Part shown: positions 1 through 12,136 of the stretch, piece after piece
Numbering within the stretch: position 1 is the stretch's first letter
Layout of the letters: each line of letters begins with the position of its first letter
From: Candidatus Competibacteraceae bacterium
GTDB taxonomy: Bacteria; Pseudomonadota; Gammaproteobacteria; Competibacterales; Competibacteraceae
Reading direction: 5' to 3'
Assembly: GCA_016713505.1 (NCBI GenBank)
Contig: JADJPA010000001.1
Span: 1,037,105 to 1,101,104 of the forward strand
Length of the DNA: 64,000 nucleotides
Notes under the pieces: generated by a model
What the model saw: the letters and a program-made list of their open reading frames with translations, nothing else
Databases searched by the model: none
What the model was told of the DNA's origin: nothing
Made by a program: the position numbers and the translations under genes

Positions 1-42
1 CCGCCGGTTCGGCGCACGGGATAATGCTTATAAGATCATGCT

Positions 43-561
43 ATGAAAGAATTTATTATCGGTGGCGCCCGCTCTGGAAAGAGTGCTTTCGCCCAGCGGC
101 GAGCGCTTGAAAGCGGGTTGAACGTCATCTATATCGCCACCGCGCAAGCCGGCGACCGGGAAATGGCCGAGCGCATCGTCCGCCATCGCGCCGAACGTCC
201 CACCGCCTGGGGCTTGGTGGAAGAACCCTTGGCCTTGGCCGAGGCGTTGACCGCCCACGCCGCGCCAGATTGCTGCCTTTTGGTCGATTGTCTGACGTTG
301 TGGTCGAGCAATCTACTGGCCGCCGGCGCTGAATGCTTGGCGGCGGAAATGCATCAGCTGCTCGCCGTTCTCCCGGCCTTGCCCGGTCACATCGTGCTGG
401 TCAGCAACGAAGTGGGGCAGGGCATCGTCCCCGCCAACCCCTTGGCCCGCCGTTTTCGCGACGAGGCCGGCCGCTTGCATCAGGCGGTCGCCAGCCGCTG
501 CGACCGCGTGATCTTGGTGGTTGCCGGACTTCCTCTTACCCTCAAGGACTGTCTTGCATGA
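43..561 (+). CDS. cobU: adenosylcobinamide kinase / adenosylcobinamide-phosphate guanylyltransferase
   Basis: 172-aa ORF with P-loop GGARSGKS and CobU/CobP-like sequence throughout. First of four translationally coupled cob genes; its stop overlaps the next start (ATGA at 558-561). Confidence 0.9.
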   Translation: MKEFIIGGARSGKSAFAQRRALESGLNVIYIATAQAGDREMAERIVRHRAERPTAWGLVEEPLALAEALTAHAAPDCCLLVDCLTLWSSNLLAAGAECLAAEMHQLLAVLPALPGHIVLVSNEVGQGIVPANPLARRFRDEAGRLHQAVASRCDRVILVVAGLPLTLKDCLA

Positions 562-1601
562 GCTCTCATTGGTATGACGACCCGATTGCTGCTTCCGATA
601 ACGCCGTGCGGGCCGCCGCCCGCGAGCGGCAGGCGCAACTGACCAAGCCGCCCGGTTCGCTGGGCCGATTGGAAGAGCTTGGGGTCCTGCTGGCGGCCAT
701 GCAGGGCACGCAGCGGCCGCGTTTGGACCAGATCTGGATCACCGTGTTCGCCGGCGATCACGGCGTGGTCGCCGAGGGTGTTTCGGCTTTCCCGCAGGCG
801 GTGACCGCCGAGATGGTGCGCAACTTCGCGCGCGGCGGCGCGGCGATCAGCGTGCTGGCCCGAGAATGGAACGCGCGGCTTGAGGTGGTGAACGTCGGCA
901 CGGCGCGGGCTTTGCCGGAGCTGTCGGGCGTATTGGATGCGCGGGTCGGGCCCGGCACCGCCAATTTTGTCGAAGGCCCCGCCATGACCTCCGAGCAGCT
1001 GGGCGCTGCTTTGGCGGCGGGCCACGATGCCGCCGAACGGGCCGCTATCGGCGGCGCGCAGTTGTTCATCGGCGGGGAGATGGGCATTGGCAACACCACC
1101 AGCGCGGCCGCCGTCGCCTGCTCCCTGTTGGAGTTGCCCGCCGAAAGACTGGCGGGCCCCGGCACCGGATTGGACAGCGCCGGCGTCGCCCGCAAGGCGC
1201 GCGTGATCGAACGGGCGCTGGTCCGCCATCGCAGCGACCGGCCGCTTGAGGCGCTGCAACGGCTGGGCGGCTTCGAGATCGCCGCGCTGGCCGGCGCTTA
1301 TCTGCGCTGCGGCCAACTTGGCGTGCCGGTGCTGGTGGATGGGTTCATCACCACCGCCGCCGCGCTGGTGGCGGTGCGGTTGCGGCCGGAGTTGGCGGTT
1401 TGGTTGTTTTACGCGCACTGTTCCGCCGAACCGGGCCATCGCTGTCTGTTGGACGCCTTGCAGGCCAGTCCGCTGCTCGCGTTGGACATGCGGCTGGGCG
1501 AGGCGAGCGGGGCGGCGGTGGCGATGCCGGTCTTGCGCGCCGCCGCCGCCTTGCACGCGGGGATGGCGACCTTCGCCGAAGCGGGAGTCTCGCGGGCATG
1601 A
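558..1601 (+). CDS. cobT: nicotinate-nucleotide--dimethylbenzimidazole phosphoribosyltransferase
   Basis: ORF-track frame 333..1601 trimmed to ATG 558 (MSSHWYDDP...). CobT-type blocks [14 protein letters not shown] and GEMGIGNTT. The upstream extension is Arg/Pro-rich and lies inside cobU. Confidence 0.9.
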   Translation: MSSHWYDDPIAASDNAVRAAARERQAQLTKPPGSLGRLEELGVLLAAMQGTQRPRLDQIWITVFAGDHGVVAEGVSAFPQAVTAEMVRNFARGGAAISVLAREWNARLEVVNVGTARALPELSGVLDARVGPGTANFVEGPAMTSEQLGAALAAGHDAAERAAIGGAQLFIGGEMGIGNTTSAAAVACSLLELPAERLAGPGTGLDSAGVARKARVIERALVRHRSDRPLEALQRLGGFEIAALAGAYLRCGQLGVPVLVDGFITTAAALVAVRLRPELAVWLFYAHCSAEPGHRCLLDALQASPLLALDMRLGEASGAAVAMPVLRAAAALHAGMATFAEAGVSRA

Positions 1602-2203
1602 GCGAGTTTACCGTCGTGGATTTATTGCGGCACGGCGAGCCTGAAGGGGGGCAGAAATTCCGGGGCGCGATCGACGATCCCTTGAGCGCGCTCGGCTGGC
1701 GGCAGATGCGGGCGACGGTGGGCGCCTGCCGCGACTGGGAGGCCGTGATCAGCTCGCCGCTGTGCCGCTGCGCCGCTTTCGCCCGTGAATTGAGCGAGCA
1801 ACTGAACCGGCCCCTGGCCATCGACAGCGGCTTTAGCGAGTTGAGCTTCGGTATCTGGGAGGGCCGCGCCGTCGCCGAGGTCAGCGCCGCCGAACCGGCC
1901 ACGCTGGCGTGTTTCTGGCGCGATCCGGTCGCCCATCCGATCCCGCAAGGCGAGCCGGTCGCCGATTTCGACCGGCGGGTCGGCCGGGCGTGGGAGGAGC
2001 TGCTGCGCGGCTATCAGGGCCGGCATGTGTTGCTGGTCGCGCACGGCGGGGTCATTCGCATGATCCTGCGCCGACTGCTGGAGATGCCGTTGCACCGCAT
2101 CTGGCGAATCGAGGTGCCCTACGCGGCGCTCAGCCGAATCCGCCAGCATTGCGATCCGCAGGCCGAGCCGCATTTGGTGTTCCACAACGGTCGCTTGGCC
2201 TGA
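1598..2203 (+). CDS. cobC: alpha-ribazole phosphatase (histidine phosphatase family)
   Basis: Frame 1400..2203 trimmed to ATG 1598 ([18 protein letters not shown]...). RHG catalytic motif and a later HGG motif. ATGA overlap with the cobT stop; cob operon context. Confidence 0.8.
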   Translation: MSEFTVVDLLRHGEPEGGQKFRGAIDDPLSALGWRQMRATVGACRDWEAVISSPLCRCAAFARELSEQLNRPLAIDSGFSELSFGIWEGRAVAEVSAAEPATLACFWRDPVAHPIPQGEPVADFDRRVGRAWEELLRGYQGRHVLLVAHGGVIRMILRRLLEMPLHRIWRIEVPYAALSRIRQHCDPQAEPHLVFHNGRLA

Positions 2204-2955
2204 TGCGCGCCTTTGTGCTGGCGCTGCAATTGCTGACCCGGTTGCCGGTCCCCTTGCTTGGCCCGCCGCCGCAACCTCAGGAATTGGGGCTTTCGGTGCT
2301 GTTTTTTCCGGTGGTCGGCGCGGTGATTGGCGCGTTGCTGGCGGGGTTGCACACCGCGCTGTGGTTGGCCGACCCCGGCGTGCTGGCGGGGTTGACCCTC
2401 ACCGTTTGGGTGATCTTGACCGGCGGCCTGCATCTGGATGGTTTGGCCGATAGCGCCGATGCCTGGATCGGCGGCCAAGGCGACCGCGACCGGACTTTGG
2501 CGATCATGAAAGACCCGCGCAGCGGCCCCATCGCGGTAGTGGCGATCGGCTTGGTCCTGCTGAACAAGTTTGCCGCCTTGCAAGTGCTGCTGGCCGGCGA
2601 TGGTCGCACCGTCCTGTTATTGGCTCCGCTGCTGGGCCGGGCGGTGATGGTGTTGCTGCTGGTGACGACGCCCTACGTCCGGTCTAAAGGCTTGGGTGAA
2701 CCTTATGCCTTGCATTTGCCGCGCACCAGCTGCGGGTTGATGGTGTTGGCCAGTGCCGTGACCGCGGTGATGGCGCTCGGCTGGCCAGGAGCAGCGCTGC
2801 TTGTTCTTCTGGGGGTCGGATTTTTCGGCCTCCGTCATGGCGTGTTGGCGCGCTTGGGCGGGGTGACCGGCGATACTTTAGGCGCCGCCTGTGAACTGAC
2901 CGAGACCGGCGTGTTGCTGGTATCGGTGTTGGTGACGGATTTGGAAATGCCGTGA
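2203..2955 (+). CDS. cobS: adenosylcobinamide-GDP ribazoletransferase (cobalamin 5'-phosphate synthase)
   Basis: Frame 1909..2955 trimmed to ATG 2203 ([17 protein letters not shown]...). Polytopic membrane protein with CobS-type LTRLP and LDGLADSADA motifs. TGATG overlap with the cobC stop. Confidence 0.9.
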   Translation: MRAFVLALQLLTRLPVPLLGPPPQPQELGLSVLFFPVVGAVIGALLAGLHTALWLADPGVLAGLTLTVWVILTGGLHLDGLADSADAWIGGQGDRDRTLAIMKDPRSGPIAVVAIGLVLLNKFAALQVLLAGDGRTVLLLAPLLGRAVMVLLLVTTPYVRSKGLGEPYALHLPRTSCGLMVLASAVTAVMALGWPGAALLVLLGVGFFGLRHGVLARLGGVTGDTLGAACELTETGVLLVSVLVTDLEMP

Positions 2956-3081
2956 GCCTGGGTCCGGGTGGATATCGCGCGGTTTGCTTCGCCGCGAACC
3001 GACCCCGGCTTCCACATCGCTCCAGCAAATAGCCGGCGCGCAGCCGGCGCGCCTGTCCTCCCTTGCCCCCGGCTACTATAA

Positions 3082-3101
3082 ATATTAGACTAATCTAATA
3101 T
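3082..3101. promoter_or_regulatory. 8-bp inverted repeat ATATTAGA-CTAA-TCTAATAT in the AT-rich promoter region of the RND efflux operon (candidate operator)
   Basis: Perfect 8+8 inverted repeat with a 4-nt spacer read directly from the sequence. It is embedded in TATAAA/TATTAAT -10-like hexamers 35-55 nt upstream of ATG 3135. No regulator gene is adjacent. Confidence 0.3.
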
Positions 3102-3134
3102 ATTAATATATTGCCGGCTTGGAAGGATGGGGTC

Positions 3135-4183
3135 ATGGGCTCGCCGAATCGTCTCTTACTGTTGTGGTGGCTCTTACTCGGCGTGGCGCCGAACTGGAGC
3201 AGCGCCGCCGAACTGCCCTTTCCGGTCGCCGAGGCGAAGCTGCAAACGCTGCCGGACGAGCAAATTCTCGACGGTGTGGTCGAGGCGGTGAACCAGAGCA
3301 CGGTCTCCGCTCAGACCGCCGGTCGGGTCGAGACCATCATGGTCGATGTCAACGACTTCGTGCCGCAAGGCGCCCCCATCATCCGTATCCGCAACATCGA
3401 GCAGCGCGCCGGCCTCGACCAAGCGCAAGCCAACCTGCGCGAGGCGCAAGCCCGTTTTCTGGAAGCGGAAGCCGAATACCAGCGCATTCGCGGCGTCTAC
3501 GAAAAGAAAGTCGTCGCCAAGGCGACGATGGACGCCGCCACCGCTGCTTTCGACGCGGCCAAGGCGCGGCTGGAAGCCGCGCAAGCGGGGGTTTCTCAAG
3601 CCAGGGAATCGCTGGGCTATACCACGATCAACGCCCCCTACAGCGGCATCGTGCTACAGCGCCATGTCCAGCTCGGTGAAACGGTCCAGCCCGGCAAGCC
3701 GCTGATGACGGGATTCTCGCTCGACGAATTGCGGGTGGTGGCGAACGTGCCGCAACGCTTGATCGTTCCCGTGCGAAAATACAAGCAAGCCCGCGTGTTG
3801 CCGCCGGCTGGCGGCAAAGGGATCGCCGCCGAAAAGTTGGTCTTTTTCCCGTATGCCGACCCGCGGAGCAACGTCTTCAAGGTGCGGGTCTATCTCCCCA
3901 GAAAGACCGAAGGATTTTATCCGGGCATGTTCGTCAAAACGGCCTTTCAGGTGGGCGATACCAGCGGTTTGACCGTGCCGCGTCAGGCTCTGGTCCAGCG
4001 GGGTGAAGTGAGTGGTGTCTATGTGCTGCGGGATGGCAAGGTCAGCTTGCGGCAGGTGCGTCCCGGTCGGGTCGAGGCCGAAACGGTCGAAATTCTCGCC
4101 GGGCTGGAGCCGGGCGAGCCGGTGGCCCTGGAGCCGATCAAGGCGGGGATCTATCTCAAGGACCAGCAGCGGAAGGGGCCATA

Positions 4184-4184
<1 letters not shown>
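3135..4184 (+). CDS. efflux RND transporter periplasmic adaptor subunit (MFP/HlyD family)
   Basis: ATG 3135 is preceded by GGAAGGA (the ORF track starts at TTG 3111). Signal-like N-terminus, alpha-hairpin coiled coil (QAQANLREAQARFLEAEAEYQR) and beta-barrel/lipoyl-like blocks. Stop overlaps the pump gene start. Confidence 0.85.
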
Positions 4185-7453
<3,269 letters not shown>

Positions 7454-7714
7454 TTTTCGAACCGCTCGCTCGACGAACTGCGGCTATACTCAAGAGCAGA
7501 TCGGGTGGTGACGCCGCCCGTGACGCCGCGCCGTTCGCTTCAGACTGACGTTCGAGCGCTCCGAGCGGAGCCACCTGGCCCCGGACTTTCAGCTAGCCTT
7601 TCAGGAAGGAGCGAGATCGCTGCGACGGTTACCTCACCATCATAAATTGGATTTTTGTAGGTTCTGTTTTTACCATAGCAATTTTATAGAAGATCGAGCG
7701 TGAGAGAGTTAAGT

Positions 7715-9625
7715 ATGAGCGAACGGGTGGATGGCCAAAGCAGCGGTCAACAAGGCCTTGAGGAACGAAATGAAATTTTGCAGAACGCCGCGCCAGAATT
7801 CTTTTTTCTAAACAACGCGTATTTAAATACCTATATCCAATTGCTGAAAAATATCCGCCACCATGGCGGTCTTTTTTTATTAACAGGTACCCACGGTCTC
7901 GGTAAAACTTTCTTGCTGCGCAAATTGGAAAGCGCGGCGCCTGAAAATATTAAATTTATTTTCATCGATACGGTCAATTTAAATTACGAAAGTTTGATTG
8001 CCAGACTGTACGATCAACTTGGTCTGGGTCAGACCGAGCGCCATCTACCTAGCCAAAACCAAAGTTCGGTATTAAAAGATTATTTAAACGAGGGTTCCTC
8101 CCAGCGGGCGAGCGTGGCTTTATTGATCGATGACGCCCAAACGCTGGGTGAGGCAGGGCTGGCGCATTTGATCGCTTTATTCGATTGGACGCTGCCAGAG
8201 CGTCGCGCCCCACGCATCGTCCTCAGTGGATCGCCCGAGTTACAAGAAATGGTGGCTCGCATTGAGATCGGGCAGAGCATCGCCGCCCGTCGGTTGAATG
8301 TCCGTTTGGAGCCGCTGGCTGAAAATGATGTGGCCACTTATATTTCGCATCAATTGAATACGGTCGCCACGCCAGAAATGAACCCCCTGTTTTCCCGATG
8401 GGCCATTCAAAAGATTACCCGTTTGACCGGTGGTGTTCCCCGGCTGATCAATACACTTTGCGATCGCGCCTTTTCTTTAGCACAGTTGAAGGGCAAACAT
8501 ACGGTTTCAATGCTTGCGATCGATCAAGCCGCTAAAGAGTTACTGTTGGAGGCTGAGGAGAGTAGCGCCAGCGGCCTCACGCTCGTCCCTGGAAATACCA
8601 ATTCGTTACACGACTCCTTCAGGCATCTCGAAGGCTCGCGACTCACCAAAATTGCTAGCCATGTCATTGGCGATGAGGCCGATGCGATCATCATGAGCGC
8701 TTCGCTGGCGAGCCATAATAAGCCCGGAGCGGAGCTTGACGAGACCGTCAATGAGGCGGTTTTGCAAAATACCGCGGAATATCCGGTTACCGCCGTGTAT
8801 TTTGAAAAGGCGGACTCAGAAGATCTCCCTGAGGTCACTCATTCGGTAACGCCTACCGCTTTGAGCGTGTCCCGAAACACTGACGTGGCGAAGCATCAAT
8901 TTGTCGATCAGCTGTTGGAAGATAAATTGTTGGCCAATGCGACGATGACCATGCAATGGGAGGAACCCTATCTCAAGAAAAACCAGCCTCCGTCCTTTTC
9001 ATCGCCGACTTTGCAATTTATTACTTTGATTTTCATTTCGATCTTGGCCGGGATCGTCGGTGGAGTCGGCAGCTATTATTTATTTGATAGCAAGCCAGTC
9101 CAGATATCGGTCGTCACGCCTGGCGCCGTGGCGCTCGCCGTCGAGTCGAAGACCTCGGCTCAAACCGCTCCGGTGTTAAAGCCGGTCGCCGCGCCCGATC
9201 CCGCGGCATCCGCCGCGCCGGCCAGCGCCGAGTCGCAAAAACCCGAATCCTTAGCGAGTGTGGCTCTTACCCCTCCCACGCCCGCCGTGGAGCCGCCGCC
9301 CGCCGTCCCCGCGCGGTTGCCCGCCAGAGTGAAAGCTAGTCCTGAAACCCCGCAGCTCTGGTCGTATGTGAGCAAAGGCGATGCGTTGCTGGCGCAGGGT
9401 GATGTGGCCTCCGCGCGGTTGTTCTATCTGGAGGCGGCCGGCGCGGGCTTTGCCCCCGCCATGACCGCCGTCGGCAAAACCTACGACCCCATCGTGTTGG
9501 GCAGTTTGCAGATCAAGGGGTTCTTCGCCGATCCTCAAAAAGCCGTGGAGTGGTATTTGAAGGCACAACAAGCGGGAAACCCTGAAAGTACAGGATACCT
9601 TCAAGCCTTAAAAGGCAGTCGATAG
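7715..9625 (+). CDS. ExeA/GspA-like AAA+ ATPase fused to a TM segment, Pro/Ala-rich linker and C-terminal Sel1-like repeats
   Basis: Walker A GTHGLGKT, Walker B ALLIDDAQ and an ExeA-like tail (GGVPRLINTLCDRA). One TM (FITLIFISILAGIVGGVGSYYLF). Sel1-like ARLFYLEAAGAGFAPAMTAVGKTYDP...KAVEWYLKAQQAGN. ATG 7715 follows GAGAGAG; alternative GTG at 7700. Visibly lower GC than neighbours. Confidence 0.75.
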   Translation: MSERVDGQSSGQQGLEERNEILQNAAPEFFFLNNAYLNTYIQLLKNIRHHGGLFLLTGTHGLGKTFLLRKLESAAPENIKFIFIDTVNLNYESLIARLYDQLGLGQTERHLPSQNQSSVLKDYLNEGSSQRASVALLIDDAQTLGEAGLAHLIALFDWTLPERRAPRIVLSGSPELQEMVARIEIGQSIAARRLNVRLEPLAENDVATYISHQLNTVATPEMNPLFSRWAIQKITRLTGGVPRLINTLCDRAFSLAQLKGKHTVSMLAIDQAAKELLLEAEESSASGLTLVPGNTNSLHDSFRHLEGSRLTKIASHVIGDEADAIIMSASLASHNKPGAELDETVNEAVLQNTAEYPVTAVYFEKADSEDLPEVTHSVTPTALSVSRNTDVAKHQFVDQLLEDKLLANATMTMQWEEPYLKKNQPPSFSSPTLQFITLIFISILAGIVGGVGSYYLFDSKPVQISVVTPGAVALAVESKTSAQTAPVLKPVAAPDPAASAAPASAESQKPESLASVALTPPTPAVEPPPAVPARLPARVKASPETPQLWSYVSKGDALLAQGDVASARLFYLEAAGAGFAPAMTAVGKTYDPIVLGSLQIKGFFADPQKAVEWYLKAQQAGNPESTGYLQALKGSR

Positions 9626-9678
9626 CCGGTTCCTCGGCGCTGGAAACCACGGATGTAAAGGAGTTGCCCAATAAAGGC

Positions 9679-10659
9679 TCACCGGTGAGTTTGCAGCCAT
9701 TGCTCCACGGCCGGAAAGCGGGTCCAGCCAGGGAGGGTCGCCGATAAGCTGACTTCGCGCCATTTGGGGTGGCGTGGCGGCTTTTGGAAGTCATTGAGAT
9801 GCTCTAAAAAATAAGTCGCGAAGTCGGCGACTTTTTTATGGCGCTTGACCTTTCGTGGATGCCATTGGTAGACCGCCAGCACGGCGCTGACCGCAATTGT
9901 TCTGATCTCTTCACCGCCAGGAATCAGATTCGGATAATCCTGATGGCTAATGGCGGCGGGAGGGTAGGTATCCAACAACCCAGCACTGTAATCGATCGCC
10001 AGCAAGTGTAAGTTTTCAGCAGCTGTTATTTTCTCGAACAAAGTCACCGGCTTGCCCGCGACATAAGCCAGCGCGCTGATCTCGCCATTTTTCAGTTTTT
10101 CCAAGGCGGTCGCTTGGTCGTAATGGGTGGGCTCCACACGCATTTTCAAGGTATCGAACAGGATGCTGGCGGTGATGGCCGTACCGCTGCCTTTAACGTC
10201 AAAATTGACTTTTTTACCTGTTAAATCTTCGAGATTATTGATGTCGCCCTTAGCGATCAGATGAAATTCTTCATTGTACAATTTGGTGATGTAGCTTATT
10301 TTCTTATCGATGTTTGAATACGTGTTTTGGCGCTTTAAATATTCCAGCACATCGGATTGGACGATGGCCATATCGATGCCTTTCAAATATAAAAGATCGT
10401 CGATATTTTGGATCGATCCCTGACCTACAATGGTCAGAACGCGTAGGGTGGGATTGTCCAGAACTGCGGCCATATCGGCGGCAATGCGGATATAGGTTCC
10501 GCTGACGCCGCCCGTGATGATGCCGACCACGCCTTTATTCGAAAGACGGCCCGCGCGGTCTGGCGGGCTGGCGTCTCGATCCGCCGGGGAGGCGGCCAGG
10601 GCGATGGACAACAGGCTCGCCAGCCATAGCCAAACGCCATAACGAAGAACTTTATTCAT
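9679..10659 (-). CDS. TAXI-family (TRAP-associated, NMT1-like) periplasmic solute-binding protein, orphan
   Basis: Trimmed to ATG 10659 (MNKVLRYGVWLWLASLLSIALAA, signal peptide). TAXI-like block VGIITGGVSGTYIRIAADMA...QGSIQNIDDL. No TRAP permease gene nearby. Lower GC. Confidence 0.8.
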   Translation of the reverse strand: MNKVLRYGVWLWLASLLSIALAASPADRDASPPDRAGRLSNKGVVGIITGGVSGTYIRIAADMAAVLDNPTLRVLTIVGQGSIQNIDDLLYLKGIDMAIVQSDVLEYLKRQNTYSNIDKKISYITKLYNEEFHLIAKGDINNLEDLTGKKVNFDVKGSGTAITASILFDTLKMRVEPTHYDQATALEKLKNGEISALAYVAGKPVTLFEKITAAENLHLLAIDYSAGLLDTYPPAAISHQDYPNLIPGGEEIRTIAVSAVLAVYQWHPRKVKRHKKVADFATYFLEHLNDFQKPPRHPKWREVSLSATLPGWTRFPAVEQWLQTHR

Positions 10660-10679
10660 ACCTTGCAATCCTGCCGTGT

Positions 10680-11405
10680 TTAGGGTTCTGATTCTATCCA
10701 TCCCCACCGCTCGGCGGCAAAAAGTTCGTGGGGTTTGAAATGGGTTTTGTAAGCCATTTTATCGCATTGTTCGATCCAGTAGCCGAGATACAACCACTGT
10801 AAGCCAAGCCGCCGCGACTCGGCGATTTGCCATAGGATCGCGAAAGTGCCCAATCCGCGCGCTTTTTCCTCGGGGTCGAAAAACGTATAAACCGCCGATA
10901 GGCCGTTCTCCAAGCGGTCCAGGACCGCGACCGCCAGCAGTTCCCGCTCGCGGCGGAATTCGGCCAGACCGGTCGGGCTCCAGCGCGAGGTGATGAAGGA
11001 CCAATAGTTTTCCGGATTGGTGGGATCCATGCCGCCACCGGTATGCCGGACCCGCAGGTAGCGGCTGAATAGCTCAAAATGCTCTTGCTTGAATTCCGCA
11101 TTGAGCACTTGAGCTTGCAAATCCTGATTTCGCCTCAAGATGCGGCGCTGCGAGCGATTCGGCTGAAAGCGTTCCACCGGAATGCGCAGCGACCGGCAGG
11201 CCATGCAGCCGCGACAGTGCGGCCGGTAGACGTGATCGCCGCTGCGCCGGAATCCCAACTCCGCCAATCGCGTGTACAGGCGCCGGTCAGTCTCGGCCGG
11301 ATCGGCGACCAGGTTGCGGGCTTGGCGTCCTGGCAGATAGCTACAGGGATAGTCGGTCGTCAGAAACATCCGCAGGTCATATAGCGAATCCCGAAAGTCG
11401 CTCAT
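10680..11405 (-). CDS. bpt: arginyltransferase-family aspartate/glutamate leucyltransferase (N-end rule)
   Basis: Trimmed to ATG 11405 (MSDFRDSLYDLRMFLTTDYPCSYLPGR...). ATE_N Cys-rich block HCRGCMACRSLR and an ATE_C region. Start overlaps the aat stop (ATGA). Confidence 0.85.
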   Translation of the reverse strand: MSDFRDSLYDLRMFLTTDYPCSYLPGRQARNLVADPAETDRRLYTRLAELGFRRSGDHVYRPHCRGCMACRSLRIPVERFQPNRSQRRILRRNQDLQAQVLNAEFKQEHFELFSRYLRVRHTGGGMDPTNPENYWSFITSRWSPTGLAEFRRERELLAVAVLDRLENGLSAVYTFFDPEEKARGLGTFAILWQIAESRRLGLQWLYLGYWIEQCDKMAYKTHFKPHELFAAERWGWIESEP

Positions 11406-12136
11406 GACGGCGGGGCGGGCAACAGCGCGGTGCGGAGGTCGGTATCGAGCCGCCAGGGACCGGTTGGGCTCGGGAGCGGGCAATAACGTTGCAGCAGGGC
11501 CAGAAAGTCGGCGCGGGGGATTTCGACAGCCCCCATCCGCGCCAGATGTTCGGTGCGCACCTGGCAATCGATCAGGGCGAAATTCCAGCGTCGCAACTGA
11601 ACGGCCAGCAGCGCCAAGGCGACTTTGGAGGCGTCGCTCATCAGGCTGAACATCGATTCACCATAGAACACCCGACCCACCGCTACCCCGTACAGTCCGC
11701 CCACCAATTCGCCCTGATGCCAGATTTCAATGGAGTGCGCGTGGCCCAGGTCATGCAGCCGGCAGTAGGCTCGATGCATTTCCGGCGTGATCCAGGTGCC
11801 GGAGCGGGGACCGCGGGGCGCCGCGCAAGCGGACATTATAGCCGCGAAACCGGTGTCGGCGGTGCTGGAAAACGTACCTTTACGCAAGGTCTTGCGCAAG
11901 CTGCGCGAGACGTTGATCCGCTCGGGAAACAGCACCAGCCGCGGGTCGGGCGACCACCACAGGATGGGCTGGCCGGGCGAGTACCACGGGAAGATGCCGT
12001 GCCGGTAGGCGCGCAGCAGCCGGCGCGGGCTCAAGCTGCCGCCGGCCGCCAGCAAGCCTTGGGGTTCGTCCAGCGCCCGATCGGGATGCGGAAAAGGTTG
12101 GCTGTCGTCACGCGGGTCCAACCATGGCAGGCGCAT
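11402..12136 (-). CDS. aat: leucyl/phenylalanyl-tRNA--protein transferase
   Basis: 244-aa ORF with typical Aat N-terminus (LPWLDP...FPHPDRALDEPQGLLAAGGSLSPRRLLRAYRHGIFPWY). Confidence 0.9.
   Translation of the reverse strand: MRLPWLDPRDDSQPFPHPDRALDEPQGLLAAGGSLSPRRLLRAYRHGIFPWYSPGQPILWWSPDPRLVLFPERINVSRSLRKTLRKGTFSSTADTGFAAIMSACAAPRGPRSGTWITPEMHRAYCRLHDLGHAHSIEIWHQGELVGGLYGVAVGRVFYGESMFSLMSDASKVALALLAVQLRRWNFALIDCQVRTEHLARMGAVEIPRADFLALLQRYCPLPSPTGPWRLDTDLRTALLPAPPS

Noticed and set aside
333-557. N-terminal extensions given by the ORF track: cobT 333, cobC 1400, cobS 1909, livG up to 33112, iorA up to 38293, lolA 19295, rarA 20148, bpt up to 11567, DUF482 up to 13418 and others.
   Set aside because: The extensions overlap the preceding gene, are Arg/Pro-rich and lack RBSs. 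Internal ATG/GTG codons coincide with family-typical N-termini, RBSs or stop/start coupling.
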